Shown here: in pieces, positions 38,732-47,064 of the stretch
Layout of the letters: every line of letters starts with the position of its first letter
Numbering within the stretch: the first letter of the stretch is position 1
Source: an uncultured Gammaproteobacteria bacterium
Lineage (GTDB): Bacteria; Pseudomonadota; Gammaproteobacteria; Ga0077536
NCBI GenBank assembly: GCA_938082545.1
Contig: CALKCL010000004.1
Location: forward strand, 3,687 to 67,686
DNA length: 64,000 nucleotides
Direction of reading: 5' to 3'
The notes under the pieces: generated by a model
What the model was told of the DNA's origin: nothing
The model's input: the letters and a program-made list of their open reading frames with translations, nothing else
The model's database searches: none
Made by a program: the position numbers and the translations under genes

Positions 38732-39952
38732 ATGGCAAATCACTCTGAACGTGTTAACAGCGATATCGCCCCTACTGCTGAAGCAAAATTCAACTGGACC
38801 GATCCTCTTGGTCTGCAAGGTCGTTTATCTGAAGAAGAACGGCTTTTAAGCGAAGCCGCCAACATTTTCTGCCAATCAAAGCTTCTACCTAGAGTCTTAC
38901 AAGCCCATCGTCATGAAACATTTGATAGAGAAATAATGCGAGAATTCGGAGAACATGGATTCCTCGGAGCGACTATTCCAGAACAGTACGGAGGTGCCGG
39001 TTTATCTTATGTAGATTACGGTTTGATAGCTCGAGAAGTAGAGCGAGTTGACTCAGGCTACCGCTCTGCCATGAGTGTGCAATCCAGTTTAGTGATGCAC
39101 CCTATCTATGCCTATGGATCAGAACAGCAAAGAACAAAGTATTTGCCGAAGCTAGCTACGGGAGAATGGGTGGGATGCTTTGGCCTAACAGAACCTGATC
39201 ATGGCTCTGATCCGGGTGGGATGAGAACGAGAGCGAAGAAAGTTGACGGCGGATACATGTTGACCGGAAATAAAATGTGGATCTCCAATTCCCCGATAGC
39301 CGATGTGTTTGTGGTTTGGGGAAAAACTGAAGACGATATAATCCGAGGCTTTATTCTAGAGAAAGGTATGTCAGGTTTGTCCGCCCCGAAAATTGAGGGT
39401 AAATTTTCACTTCGTGCTTCCATAACGGGCGAGATTGTCATGGATGAAGTTTTCGTGCCCGATGAGCAACTTCTACCTAACGTGAAAGGCTTGAAAGGGC
39501 CTTTTGGCTGTCTCAATAGAGCTCGATATGGAATATCCTGGGGAGCAATGGGCGCTGCTGAATTCTGCTGGCATGCCTCGCTTGATTATACACTTAACCG
39601 AGAGCAGTTCGGCCGACCTTTAGCGGCCAACCAACTGGTGCAGAAAAAACTCGCAGACATGCAAACAGAAATAGCTTTGGGTTATCAGGGATCTCTATCC
39701 GTTGGGAGGATGATTGATCAAGGTCAGGGATCGCCTGAGGCTATATCTTTAATAAAAAGGAATAATTGTGGTAAGGCGCTAGACATAGCGAGAGTCTCTC
39801 GAGATATGCACGGAGGAAACGGAGTCTCAGATGAATATCATGTTATTAGGCATCTCCTTAATCTTGAGGCAGTGAACACCTATGAAGGCACCCATGATAT
39901 TCATGCTCTTATCTTAGGGCGCGCCCAGACGGGAATTCAAGCTTTTTTCTAG
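38732..39952 (+). CDS. gcdH: glutaryl-CoA dehydrogenase
   Basis: FNWTDPLGL...LSEEERL leader, [31 protein letters not shown] and [14 protein letters not shown] match the GCDH pattern. Confidence 0.8.
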   Translation: MANHSERVNSDIAPTAEAKFNWTDPLGLQGRLSEEERLLSEAANIFCQSKLLPRVLQAHRHETFDREIMREFGEHGFLGATIPEQYGGAGLSYVDYGLIAREVERVDSGYRSAMSVQSSLVMHPIYAYGSEQQRTKYLPKLATGEWVGCFGLTEPDHGSDPGGMRTRAKKVDGGYMLTGNKMWISNSPIADVFVVWGKTEDDIIRGFILEKGMSGLSAPKIEGKFSLRASITGEIVMDEVFVPDEQLLPNVKGLKGPFGCLNRARYGISWGAMGAAEFCWHASLDYTLNREQFGRPLAANQLVQKKLADMQTEIALGYQGSLSVGRMIDQGQGSPEAISLIKRNNCGKALDIARVSRDMHGGNGVSDEYHVIRHLLNLEAVNTYEGTHDIHALILGRAQTGIQAFF

Positions 39953-40032
39953 GTCCATCAAAATATAAAGATACTGTAAACCGGGTAAAACGCCGATGCA
40001 AACGGATAGCATTGGTTTTTCTCACCTTTTTC

Positions 40033-40078
40033 GTGCACAATGCGGGTTTACGAAGAACAATTGTTCTACAACTTGCAC
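40033..40078 (+). promoter_or_regulatory. 5'-leader stem-loop / palindrome upstream of the RRM gene
   Basis: Perfect 14-bp palindrome AGAACAATTGTTCT (40054-40067), flanked by GTGCA (40033-40037) and TGCAC (40074-40078). It ends 17 nt before ATG 40095. Confidence 0.35.
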
Positions 40079-40094
40079 ATATCGAAGGAATATC

Positions 40095-40439
40095 ATGATA
40101 AACATTTACGTTGGGAACCTCCCATATTCAGCACGAAATGACGACTTAAAAGAAATTTTCGCAGAGTACGGGGCAGTTAATGCGGCCGAAATTATCTTTG
40201 ACCGACGCACAAAGAGATCTAGAGGTTATGGTTTCGTTGAAATGGCTGATGCTGAAGAAGGCAGAGAAGCGATAGCGGAACTAGATGGGTCAGATTACGA
40301 GGGTAGACAAATAAGGGTAGATGAGTCACAGCCTGCTGAGAGAAATGCCGAAGGTCGTGGGAAGAACAATAGTAAAAGAAATAGCAAAGCAGCTAAAAAA
40401 TCGGGAATTTTAAGCTTTTTAAAGAAGATGTTCTCGTAA
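40095..40439 (+). CDS. RRM-type RNA-binding protein
   Basis: RNP2 IYVGNL and RNP1 RGYGFVEM, followed by a basic C-terminal tail. Start set to ATG 40095. Confidence 0.8.
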   Translation: MINIYVGNLPYSARNDDLKEIFAEYGAVNAAEIIFDRRTKRSRGYGFVEMADAEEGREAIAELDGSDYEGRQIRVDESQPAERNAEGRGKNNSKRNSKAAKKSGILSFLKKMFS

Positions 40440-40472
40440 GTTATTTGTGAAGAACATCACGGCAGGAAACCT

Positions 40473-40763
40473 ATGGATCGCCCCTCACCGGAAGCAGAAG
40501 ACACCTGGGTTTCATTCCTAGAAATGACGAGTAGCAAAGCTTCTCACTTGGAGAAGCTTATAGCTATCTCTGGCCTAGATGAAGCAAGCAAACTACCTGG
40601 CTCGAAGGGGCAAATTGAGCTCGCTATTCTACTCGAGCGACACGACACGAATGTGAAAGAGTTCGCGATAAAAATCCGTGCACTCAAGAAAATATCCGCT
40701 AAGGACCACGAGGCTCTTATTCAAAAAATGGTCGACTATAGCCAGGAAAATCTAAGCCCTTAG
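40473..40763 (+). CDS. hypothetical protein (96 aa)
   Basis: Called from the ORF only. No motif recognised. Confidence 0.35.
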   Translation: MDRPSPEAEDTWVSFLEMTSSKASHLEKLIAISGLDEASKLPGSKGQIELAILLERHDTNVKEFAIKIRALKKISAKDHEALIQKMVDYSQENLSP

Positions 40764-40815
40764 TGCTAGCTATGAGGTTTTTTATGACCGCTGTAACAAA
40801 GTTAGACCTTCTGAG

Positions 40816-41709
40816 CTACTCGTCAGATTCTTCGGTTGAATCCCAGAGACGAGATGCTTCAATATAGTAGTCGGGTTTATTAGTCGTCCAGATTTCCCCC
40901 CAATGCTGACCTCCTCCATCAATAACAAGCGTTTCACCATTAATAAATTTGCCACCAGGTCCTGCTAAAAAAATAACAGCTTCAGCAATTTCCCAAGGGG
41001 AGCCCGCTCTCATTAGAGGATTGGTTTTGGGATATAGCACCCGGGCTGATTCAGGATACACCTCCCAGCCTTCAGTTCGTATTGCCCCAGGCGCTATACA
41101 ATTCACTCTTATATTGAGCGGCGCCCATTCAACAGATGCTTTCTCTGAAAAAGTCACCACACCCGCTCTGGCAGCAGCTGTGTGAGCTACTCCGTGTAAA
41201 CCTTGACCGACAACGACGATATTAATGATTGAACCGGGTTGCTCAGCCTGTTTCCATCGCTTCGCTGCCACATCCATCATGTTCCATGTCCCATATAAGT
41301 TCGTATTGATAACGGAATGCCAGCCTTTTTCAGTGTAGTCAATCGAAGGTTGCGGGAACTGTCCGCCAGCGCTGTTCACTAAAATGTCTATTCCGCCATG
41401 CATTCGGTAAATTTCTTCGAACGCAGCTTCTACCTGCCCCCTGTCTCTGACATCTAGTGCTTGGTAATAAGCGCTCAAGCCAACTTGTGTATTAATAGAA
41501 TCCGTCACTTTTAACAATTTTTCCTCAGTACGGCCCCCAATAATTACTGTAGCTCCCAATCTAGCTGACAACCATGCAGTCGCTCGCCCGATTCCACTAC
41601 CGCCGCCAGATACAAAAACCACTTTCCCGTCTAACAAGCCGGGCGCAAAGACGGTTTGATGAACCATCAACTCTTCATTTGTCGACGGAAATGTCACGGA
41701 CTTAGTCAT
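40816..41709 (-). CDS. SDR-family reductase, PECR/DECR-like (enoyl- or dienoyl-CoA reductase type)
   Basis: VSGGGSGIGR cofactor motif and the HTAAARAGV block typical of peroxisomal trans-2-enoyl-CoA reductase-like SDRs. Starts 2 nt after the ACAD gene. Confidence 0.7.
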   Translation of the reverse strand: MTKSVTFPSTNEELMVHQTVFAPGLLDGKVVFVSGGGSGIGRATAWLSARLGATVIIGGRTEEKLLKVTDSINTQVGLSAYYQALDVRDRGQVEAAFEEIYRMHGGIDILVNSAGGQFPQPSIDYTEKGWHSVINTNLYGTWNMMDVAAKRWKQAEQPGSIINIVVVGQGLHGVAHTAAARAGVVTFSEKASVEWAPLNIRVNCIAPGAIRTEGWEVYPESARVLYPKTNPLMRAGSPWEIAEAVIFLAGPGGKFINGETLVIDGGGQHWGEIWTTNKPDYYIEASRLWDSTEESDE

Positions 41710-41711
41710 GT

Positions 41712-42905
41712 TTATTTTAGAAGCTCGCCACTAATAATCATTTTTCGAACCTCTGTAGTTCCTGCGCCAATCTCTAGCAACTTATTACCTCTATATAATC
41801 GGTTGATCTCAGACTCCCAGATATAGCCTGCACCACCGTGCACTTGTACCGCCTCATCAAGTACTTTATTGAGCATGTTCGCAGCATACATGATAGATGC
41901 TGCAGTATTAGCGTGGACCATACCTCGTCCACCTTGTCCAGCCTCTAAATCATTAACTTCGGCCAAAACTTTATAATTCAAGGCTTTGACGGTCTCGACC
42001 CAAACATACATGTCAGCAATCTTCGATTGAATCATCTGAAAACTTGCGATTGGCTTGCCAAACTGTTCGCGTGTCTTTGCGAACTCGATGGTTAGCTCCA
42101 GCGCACGTTGGGCCATACCGAGACATATCGGCGCAATAGTCGCCCGCTCTAGATCCAACCCACTCATAACGACTGCCACCCCTTTGTTAACTTCCCCTAC
42201 GATGTTTTCAACAGGCACTTCACAATTATCAAACAACAGCTCACCAGTTTGGCTTCCTCTAAATCCCATCTTGTGAAGTTTTTGTGCAACGCTAAACCCC
42301 GGAAAGTCCTTCTCCACAATAAATGCGGTAATTCCATGCGCAGCTTTTTCAGGCTCGGTTTTAGCGTAAACCAAAAGCGTGTCCGCAACTGGGCCATTCG
42401 TGATATACATTTTACGCCCGTTGAGTATATAAACGTCACCTTCAAGCTTTGCAGTCGTCGCCATGGAGCCCAATGCGTCAGAACCTGCCCCTGGCTCAGT
42501 AAGTCCAAGAGCTCCAATTTTTTCTCCAGAACACAACCCAGGTAGATATTTCGAGCGAAGAAAATCATTAGCGTTGGCATATATATTGTTTAAACATAGA
42601 TTCTCGTGAGCAATCCAGCTCAAAGACAACGCGTAGTTCCAGCGAGAAAATGCCTCTGCGACTAAACCACTAGTGAACAAATCAAGGCCTTGTCCTCCGT
42701 ACTCTTCAGGGACGGTGAGGCCAAAATACCCAGCTGCTCCGATCTTATTGAAGACATCTTCGGGCCACCATTCCTCGTCGTCCATCCTAGCAGCTAAAGG
42801 ATACAGCTCATTTCGAGCAAACCGATCTGCCTCATCCAACATCGCTTTCTGATCAACGCTTAAACAAAAATTGTTTCCTGTTACTTCGCTTTTCGCCTCA
42901 CCCAT
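41712..42905 (-). CDS. acyl-CoA dehydrogenase (isovaleryl-CoA dehydrogenase-like)
   Basis: GLTEPGAGSD, ITNGPVAD and LLEIGAGTTEVRKMII. GGAGAG RBS upstream. Confidence 0.85.
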   Translation of the reverse strand: MGEAKSEVTGNNFCLSVDQKAMLDEADRFARNELYPLAARMDDEEWWPEDVFNKIGAAGYFGLTVPEEYGGQGLDLFTSGLVAEAFSRWNYALSLSWIAHENLCLNNIYANANDFLRSKYLPGLCSGEKIGALGLTEPGAGSDALGSMATTAKLEGDVYILNGRKMYITNGPVADTLLVYAKTEPEKAAHGITAFIVEKDFPGFSVAQKLHKMGFRGSQTGELLFDNCEVPVENIVGEVNKGVAVVMSGLDLERATIAPICLGMAQRALELTIEFAKTREQFGKPIASFQMIQSKIADMYVWVETVKALNYKVLAEVNDLEAGQGGRGMVHANTAASIMYAANMLNKVLDEAVQVHGGAGYIWESEINRLYRGNKLLEIGAGTTEVRKMIISGELLK

Positions 42906-42968
42906 TTACTCTCTCCAAATGTCTCTAGTTATCGAGTTTCTCTGCTGTCCACAATTCTACTTGTTTTT

Positions 42969-43134
42969 GCTCTGGAAGAAACCACCGGAGATAACTCCAC
43001 CCACAGAGCATGTACGCTCTTGCAACTAGCAAAATGAGAGCTGAGTAAGCACCAGACAATAACTCTCTCAGAGAGCCATTATGGCCGACCGAGAGGATGT
43101 AACAGGGAAGATCTTCTGCACCTTAAAGAGCTCT
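42969..43134. repeat. AGAGC/GCTCT motif cluster in a non-coding spacer
   Basis: AGAGC at 43005, 43037, 43072 and 43127; GCTCT at 42969, 43016 and 43130. Palindromes: AGAGC-ATGTAC-GCTCT (43005-43020), CTCTC-TCA-GAGAG (43063-43075), GAAGATCTTC (43107-43116) and AGAGCTCT (43127-43134). Confidence 0.6.
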
Positions 43135-43254
43135 CTGTCACACAAACTGATTTAGTCAAACTAAATATCTCGTACACGCCACTTCAATCGGATTGCACCG
43201 AGATACAGTCTGAACAGAAGTAATTAGCCTATAAGTACATGGTCCGTTGTATCA

Positions 43255-43626
43255 CTAGAGATAATCTTTTGCATCGAGGTAGTCAGGGTTAGACACCCTA
43301 ACTTTCTTCGAAACATGGCTGGTGAGGAGAATCAAAAGTTGGTCAAGGTTTCCATCCTGGTCGCCTCTACGAATAGACGCACACAAACTACTCATAAACT
43401 CTGTTTCGGAAAGCTCGTCTTCATTGTTAAATAAAGCTTTCAAAGCGTTATTACTATGATCGCCTATGTTAGGAGGCTCTTCTAACTCCCTCATCACTAC
43501 ATCGAGCAAATATGTGCAACACAAGCCGTGATATTTATCTTGTCTTTCTAAATCAGGAAGGAGATGTTCTATATATTCGCGAACTGTCAAAAGAAGTTCT
43601 GACGCGTTGGGCGGGTCGTTAAACAT
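43255..43626 (-). CDS. small acidic helical protein, DUF6285/LvaB-like partner of the adjacent kinase
   Basis: 123 aa, 14 nt downstream of the kinase gene with a GGAG RBS. PNASELLLTVREYIE...IRRGDQD...NPDYL pattern, as recalled for proteins that follow APH-type kinases in ACAD clusters. Confidence 0.55.
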   Translation of the reverse strand: MFNDPPNASELLLTVREYIEHLLPDLERQDKYHGLCCTYLLDVVMRELEEPPNIGDHSNNALKALFNNEDELSETEFMSSLCASIRRGDQDGNLDQLLILLTSHVSKKVRVSNPDYLDAKDYL

Positions 43627-43640
43627 TCGAGCACTCCATA

Positions 43641-44648
43641 TCAGTCAAACTCCTTCGCTATGATTTTAAGTAAGTCATACTCGATGATACCTGTGTTTCT
43701 GCCGCAAGCGGCAAATGCAGGTGACCGTCTCTCCCCTGATAGGTGCCCATGACTTTGCATAATGTTGTATATGGCCCATCTCATCACACCAAAAATCTCC
43801 CACCAACGCGATGACTCTCTATCAATCAAATTTCCGCTGGCCTTCTCGTAAGCTCTGTAGAATGTCTCTCTATCACCAAAACCACCCGCTGCAAGATCTA
43901 CCCGGCCAAATCTCCAAGAGCGGGCGCAGAACCAGCCTATTTCTTCCATGACACTGCCCGTATGAGCGCACTCCCAATCGAGAAGGACACGGATCCCTTC
44001 TGTACCAACAATCATATTTCCATTACGGAAATCTCCATGAAGAAAATTTACGGCGCCATGTTCTGGTTCATATTTGGCCAGATAACGGAATGCAAATTCT
44101 ATTGCGGGGTGGGGCTCACCGTAGCGGTCATAGAGAGCGATTTGAGCCCCCAGCGGATCGCTGCTCTCTTGTAATGCAGATAACCCAGGAACTAAAACAT
44201 GATCGATTGTATGCAACTTGGCCAGAATTTCCGCGCTTTGTTGGAGAAATCTCGCACGCATAGTCACGTATTCAGCCGAATTTATTAATCTTTTGGGCAA
44301 AGTCTCTCCAGGCACAGCAGTGACGACATATCCTTGGCCAAGGTTATCTGCCGGTTCTAGTTCAAATACAGGCCGAGGGACAGGAATGCCATGTTCGTAA
44401 ACAACTTCTAAGACCCGATACTGCATGTCAGATGGCAAGAACGGGCTATACTCACTCGGCACAGTTTCCTGCCTCAGAACAAGGCGCAAAGGGTAGCTTC
44501 CTCTAACTACATCAAAAAGTACGGTTCTATTAGAGCCGCCTAAAGTAGCCAATTCAATGTCGGCTATCTCACAATCATCTCCAAACCGACGTTTAATACA
44601 GACTCGAATTTTTTCCGAGAGATACTCTATGTTGTCATCGTTTTGCAT
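43641..44648 (-). CDS. APH-fold phosphotransferase (LvaA / ACAD10-11 kinase-domain-like)
   Basis: Brenner motif LHGDFRNGNMIV and metal-binding LLDWECAH. About 335 aa. ATG 44648 preferred over the track's TTG 44663. Confidence 0.75.
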   Translation of the reverse strand: MQNDDNIEYLSEKIRVCIKRRFGDDCEIADIELATLGGSNRTVLFDVVRGSYPLRLVLRQETVPSEYSPFLPSDMQYRVLEVVYEHGIPVPRPVFELEPADNLGQGYVVTAVPGETLPKRLINSAEYVTMRARFLQQSAEILAKLHTIDHVLVPGLSALQESSDPLGAQIALYDRYGEPHPAIEFAFRYLAKYEPEHGAVNFLHGDFRNGNMIVGTEGIRVLLDWECAHTGSVMEEIGWFCARSWRFGRVDLAAGGFGDRETFYRAYEKASGNLIDRESSRWWEIFGVMRWAIYNIMQSHGHLSGERRSPAFAACGRNTGIIEYDLLKIIAKEFD

Positions 44649-44696
44649 CGTCACCACTAACAACCCACTCTAATCTCTCTGAAAAAACAACCTGCA

Positions 44697-45698
44697 TCAC
44701 AGCGGATATCCAACTGGCTGGCCGTCTTCTACAAGCTCAATGTACTCAGTAATGCCTAACGTTTCTTTATCGCCCCATTGCCAATGAGTCAGCCCCTCGG
44801 CAACACGTGATTCTAGATACTGGTCGTCAACTTTCCTACGATTCCTCAAAGGAGCTAAAGTTAAAATTTCACCTTTCAAGATTGCCGACCGTCTCTTGGT
44901 TTGCACAGATATGGTTACAACCGCCGGATCTTTAGCCTTCGTCCACTGAGTGGTAACATCCATATCAGTGATTTCTTCGTACGCACCATCGTACTGCAGA
45001 ACGCCTCCCACTCTTACATTTCCATCGTTGTCCGTAAGCTTAAGAAGCATCATTGCGCATCCGTCACCAAAGTTTGCAATGAACAGTCGATAAAAGTAGA
45101 TGTTTGTCCAATACCTAGGTCCCCAAGAGTGATCGCGCCAGCCTAAGCCAGCAAATTTAATTTTCACGTTATCTATATCAATAGAAGTTACTACCTTCAT
45201 ATGTTGATTGAAGTGGCCCAAAGAAAAGTCCCTGCCATACATTGTCTGTTGGCTCGATGAGAGCGGCTCACCTCCATGAACTGGAGATATCCCCGTCATG
45301 TCGTAGGAGATTTTGGCGATTCCGCGGGGCGCAGTAGTAAAAAGCTTTTTTGGCTCCCGCAATAAATCAGGATCGTCTAACAACATAATCTCCCCGCTAT
45401 ACTCCATAGTTACATGATGAAGAGGTTTCGTTACCTGGTAATGCAAACCTCCTGCACGAAATTCACTATTATCATCAATCGCGGGCTTTTGAAACTGACA
45501 AGCAATTCTTCCGTCAGGTAAATAAATGCACACTTGCATTTCCGCATGTCGTTCATTTGCTCGATTACCTATTCTCATCCAGCCCCCTGCTTTTGTTGCA
45601 AGGTCGAAACTATTTACGTAAACACTTTCATTGTAATTTTGCTCAGAGCTAGGCTCGTGCGGGAACTCATCTTGTTCCAGAAGTTTGTATTGGTTCAT
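44697..45698 (-). CDS. conserved hypothetical protein (333 aa, beta-rich)
   Basis: Clean ORF heading the minus-strand cluster. Conspicuous GLGWRDHSWGPRYW motif. No catalytic family assignable by eye. Confidence 0.5.
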   Translation of the reverse strand: MNQYKLLEQDEFPHEPSSEQNYNESVYVNSFDLATKAGGWMRIGNRANERHAEMQVCIYLPDGRIACQFQKPAIDDNSEFRAGGLHYQVTKPLHHVTMEYSGEIMLLDDPDLLREPKKLFTTAPRGIAKISYDMTGISPVHGGEPLSSSQQTMYGRDFSLGHFNQHMKVVTSIDIDNVKIKFAGLGWRDHSWGPRYWTNIYFYRLFIANFGDGCAMMLLKLTDNDGNVRVGGVLQYDGAYEEITDMDVTTQWTKAKDPAVVTISVQTKRRSAILKGEILTLAPLRNRRKVDDQYLESRVAEGLTHWQWGDKETLGITEYIELVEDGQPVGYPL

Positions 45699-45723
45699 GG
45701 GCTAAGCTCACTTTAATCTTGCG

Positions 45724-45753
45724 TTGACGAAATGCTGTGTGCATGGATATATT
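45724..45753 (+). promoter_or_regulatory. candidate sigma70 promoter (TTGACG-N18-TATATT)
   Basis: In the divergent region, about 115 nt upstream of ATG 45870. Confidence 0.3.
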
Positions 45754-45869
45754 ACTCGGCTTAAGTATATTTTTAATGCTAGTATTTGGCCAACACTATT
45801 GGAAAAACTCATAAGCCTCACACCTGCTTACTTTGCAGCTCAGAAGGTTCTAGAGCAAAGGGAAACCAT

Positions 45870-47036
45870 ATGACATATAAATTTTCGGATGACCAAATAG
45901 CTATTCGTGACGCTATTAATAAAGTCTGTTCCAATTTCGACGCCACATATTGGTTGGAATGTGATAAGACAGGCAATTACCCTCAAGAATTCGCCGATGC
46001 GATTTGTGAAGGAGGATGGCTAGGGATAGCGATGCCCGAAGAGTTTGGAGGCGCTGGAATGGGCATTACTGAAGCATCGATCATGATGCAAGCCGTAGCG
46101 CAATCAGGAGCCGGGTTTACAGGGGCCTCTGCGATCCATCTTAGTCTGTTCGGGCTTAACCCAGTCCTGCTTTTTGGCACAGAAGAGCAAAAGCAACGTA
46201 TGCTTCCACCGACGATACAGGGGAAAGATATTTCCTGCTTTGGCGTTACCGAGCCTAACGCTGGACTCGACACGACTAATCTGCAGGTACGTGCGATCAA
46301 AGAAGGCGACGGTTATGTCATTCACGGTCAGAAACATTGGACTTCTATGGCACAAAGAGCCAACAAAGTTCTTCTTTTAGCGCGGACTACCCCACGAGAT
46401 GAAGTCAAGAAAAAGACTGACGGACTGTCTCTTTTTTACACAGATCTAAACCGAGACTACGTCGAAATTCAAGAAATCGAGAAAATGGGAAGAAAAGCGG
46501 TGGATTCAAATGCTGTCTTCTACGATGGGATGCCTGTTCCTCAAGAAGACTTAATTGGAGAGGAAGGAAAAGGGTTTCGTTACATCTTGCATGGGCTGAA
46601 CCCAGAACGAATTCTACTCGCTGCAGAAGCAGTAGGTCTTGGAAGAGCTGCGCTCAAAAGAGCTGTAGATTATGCTAAAGAAAGGGTTGTTTTCGGTAGC
46701 CCGATTGGCAGCAACCAAGGGATCCAGCATCCACTTGCCAAGAACTGGATGGAGTTGGAAGCTGCAAACCTAATGACGTTTACTGCTGCTGCAAAATATG
46801 ATGCGAATGAAGAATGTGGTGCTGAAGCTAATACAGCTAAATATCTTGCCGCAGAAGCAGGCTACAGTGCGTGCGAGCAAGCAATTTTGACGCATGGTGG
46901 TATGGGTTATGCGAAAGAATATCATGTGGAGCGCTATTTGCGAGAGATGATGATCCCTCGCATAGCTCCGGTTAGCCGAGAGATGATATTTAATTTCATT
47001 GGCGAGAGAGTCTTAGGCCTACCTCGCTCTTTTTAG
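45870..47036 (+). CDS. acyl-CoA dehydrogenase family protein
   Basis: FGVTEPNAGLD, HWTSMAQRA and THGGMGYAKEYHVERYLRE. Start set to ATG 45870 (MTYKFSDDQ), because the 28-residue Cys-rich extension in the track looks spurious. Confidence 0.85.
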   Translation: MTYKFSDDQIAIRDAINKVCSNFDATYWLECDKTGNYPQEFADAICEGGWLGIAMPEEFGGAGMGITEASIMMQAVAQSGAGFTGASAIHLSLFGLNPVLLFGTEEQKQRMLPPTIQGKDISCFGVTEPNAGLDTTNLQVRAIKEGDGYVIHGQKHWTSMAQRANKVLLLARTTPRDEVKKKTDGLSLFYTDLNRDYVEIQEIEKMGRKAVDSNAVFYDGMPVPQEDLIGEEGKGFRYILHGLNPERILLAAEAVGLGRAALKRAVDYAKERVVFGSPIGSNQGIQHPLAKNWMELEAANLMTFTAAAKYDANEECGAEANTAKYLAAEAGYSACEQAILTHGGMGYAKEYHVERYLREMMIPRIAPVSREMIFNFIGERVLGLPRSF

Positions 47037-47064
47037 TCTTTAAAACTTACTGAGGAGAAAGCAA

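Noticed and set aside
42906-43254. Whether the 349-nt spacer is a known structured RNA (tmRNA, RNase P RNA, 6S RNA, or a cobalamin, TPP or other riboswitch) or a decayed gene.
   Set aside because: I found none of the conserved core motifs I know for those RNAs: no tRNA-like ends, no B12 box, no TPP CTGAGA...ACCTGA arrangement. No frame gives a recognisable protein remnant. It is kept only as an unexplained repeat-rich spacer.
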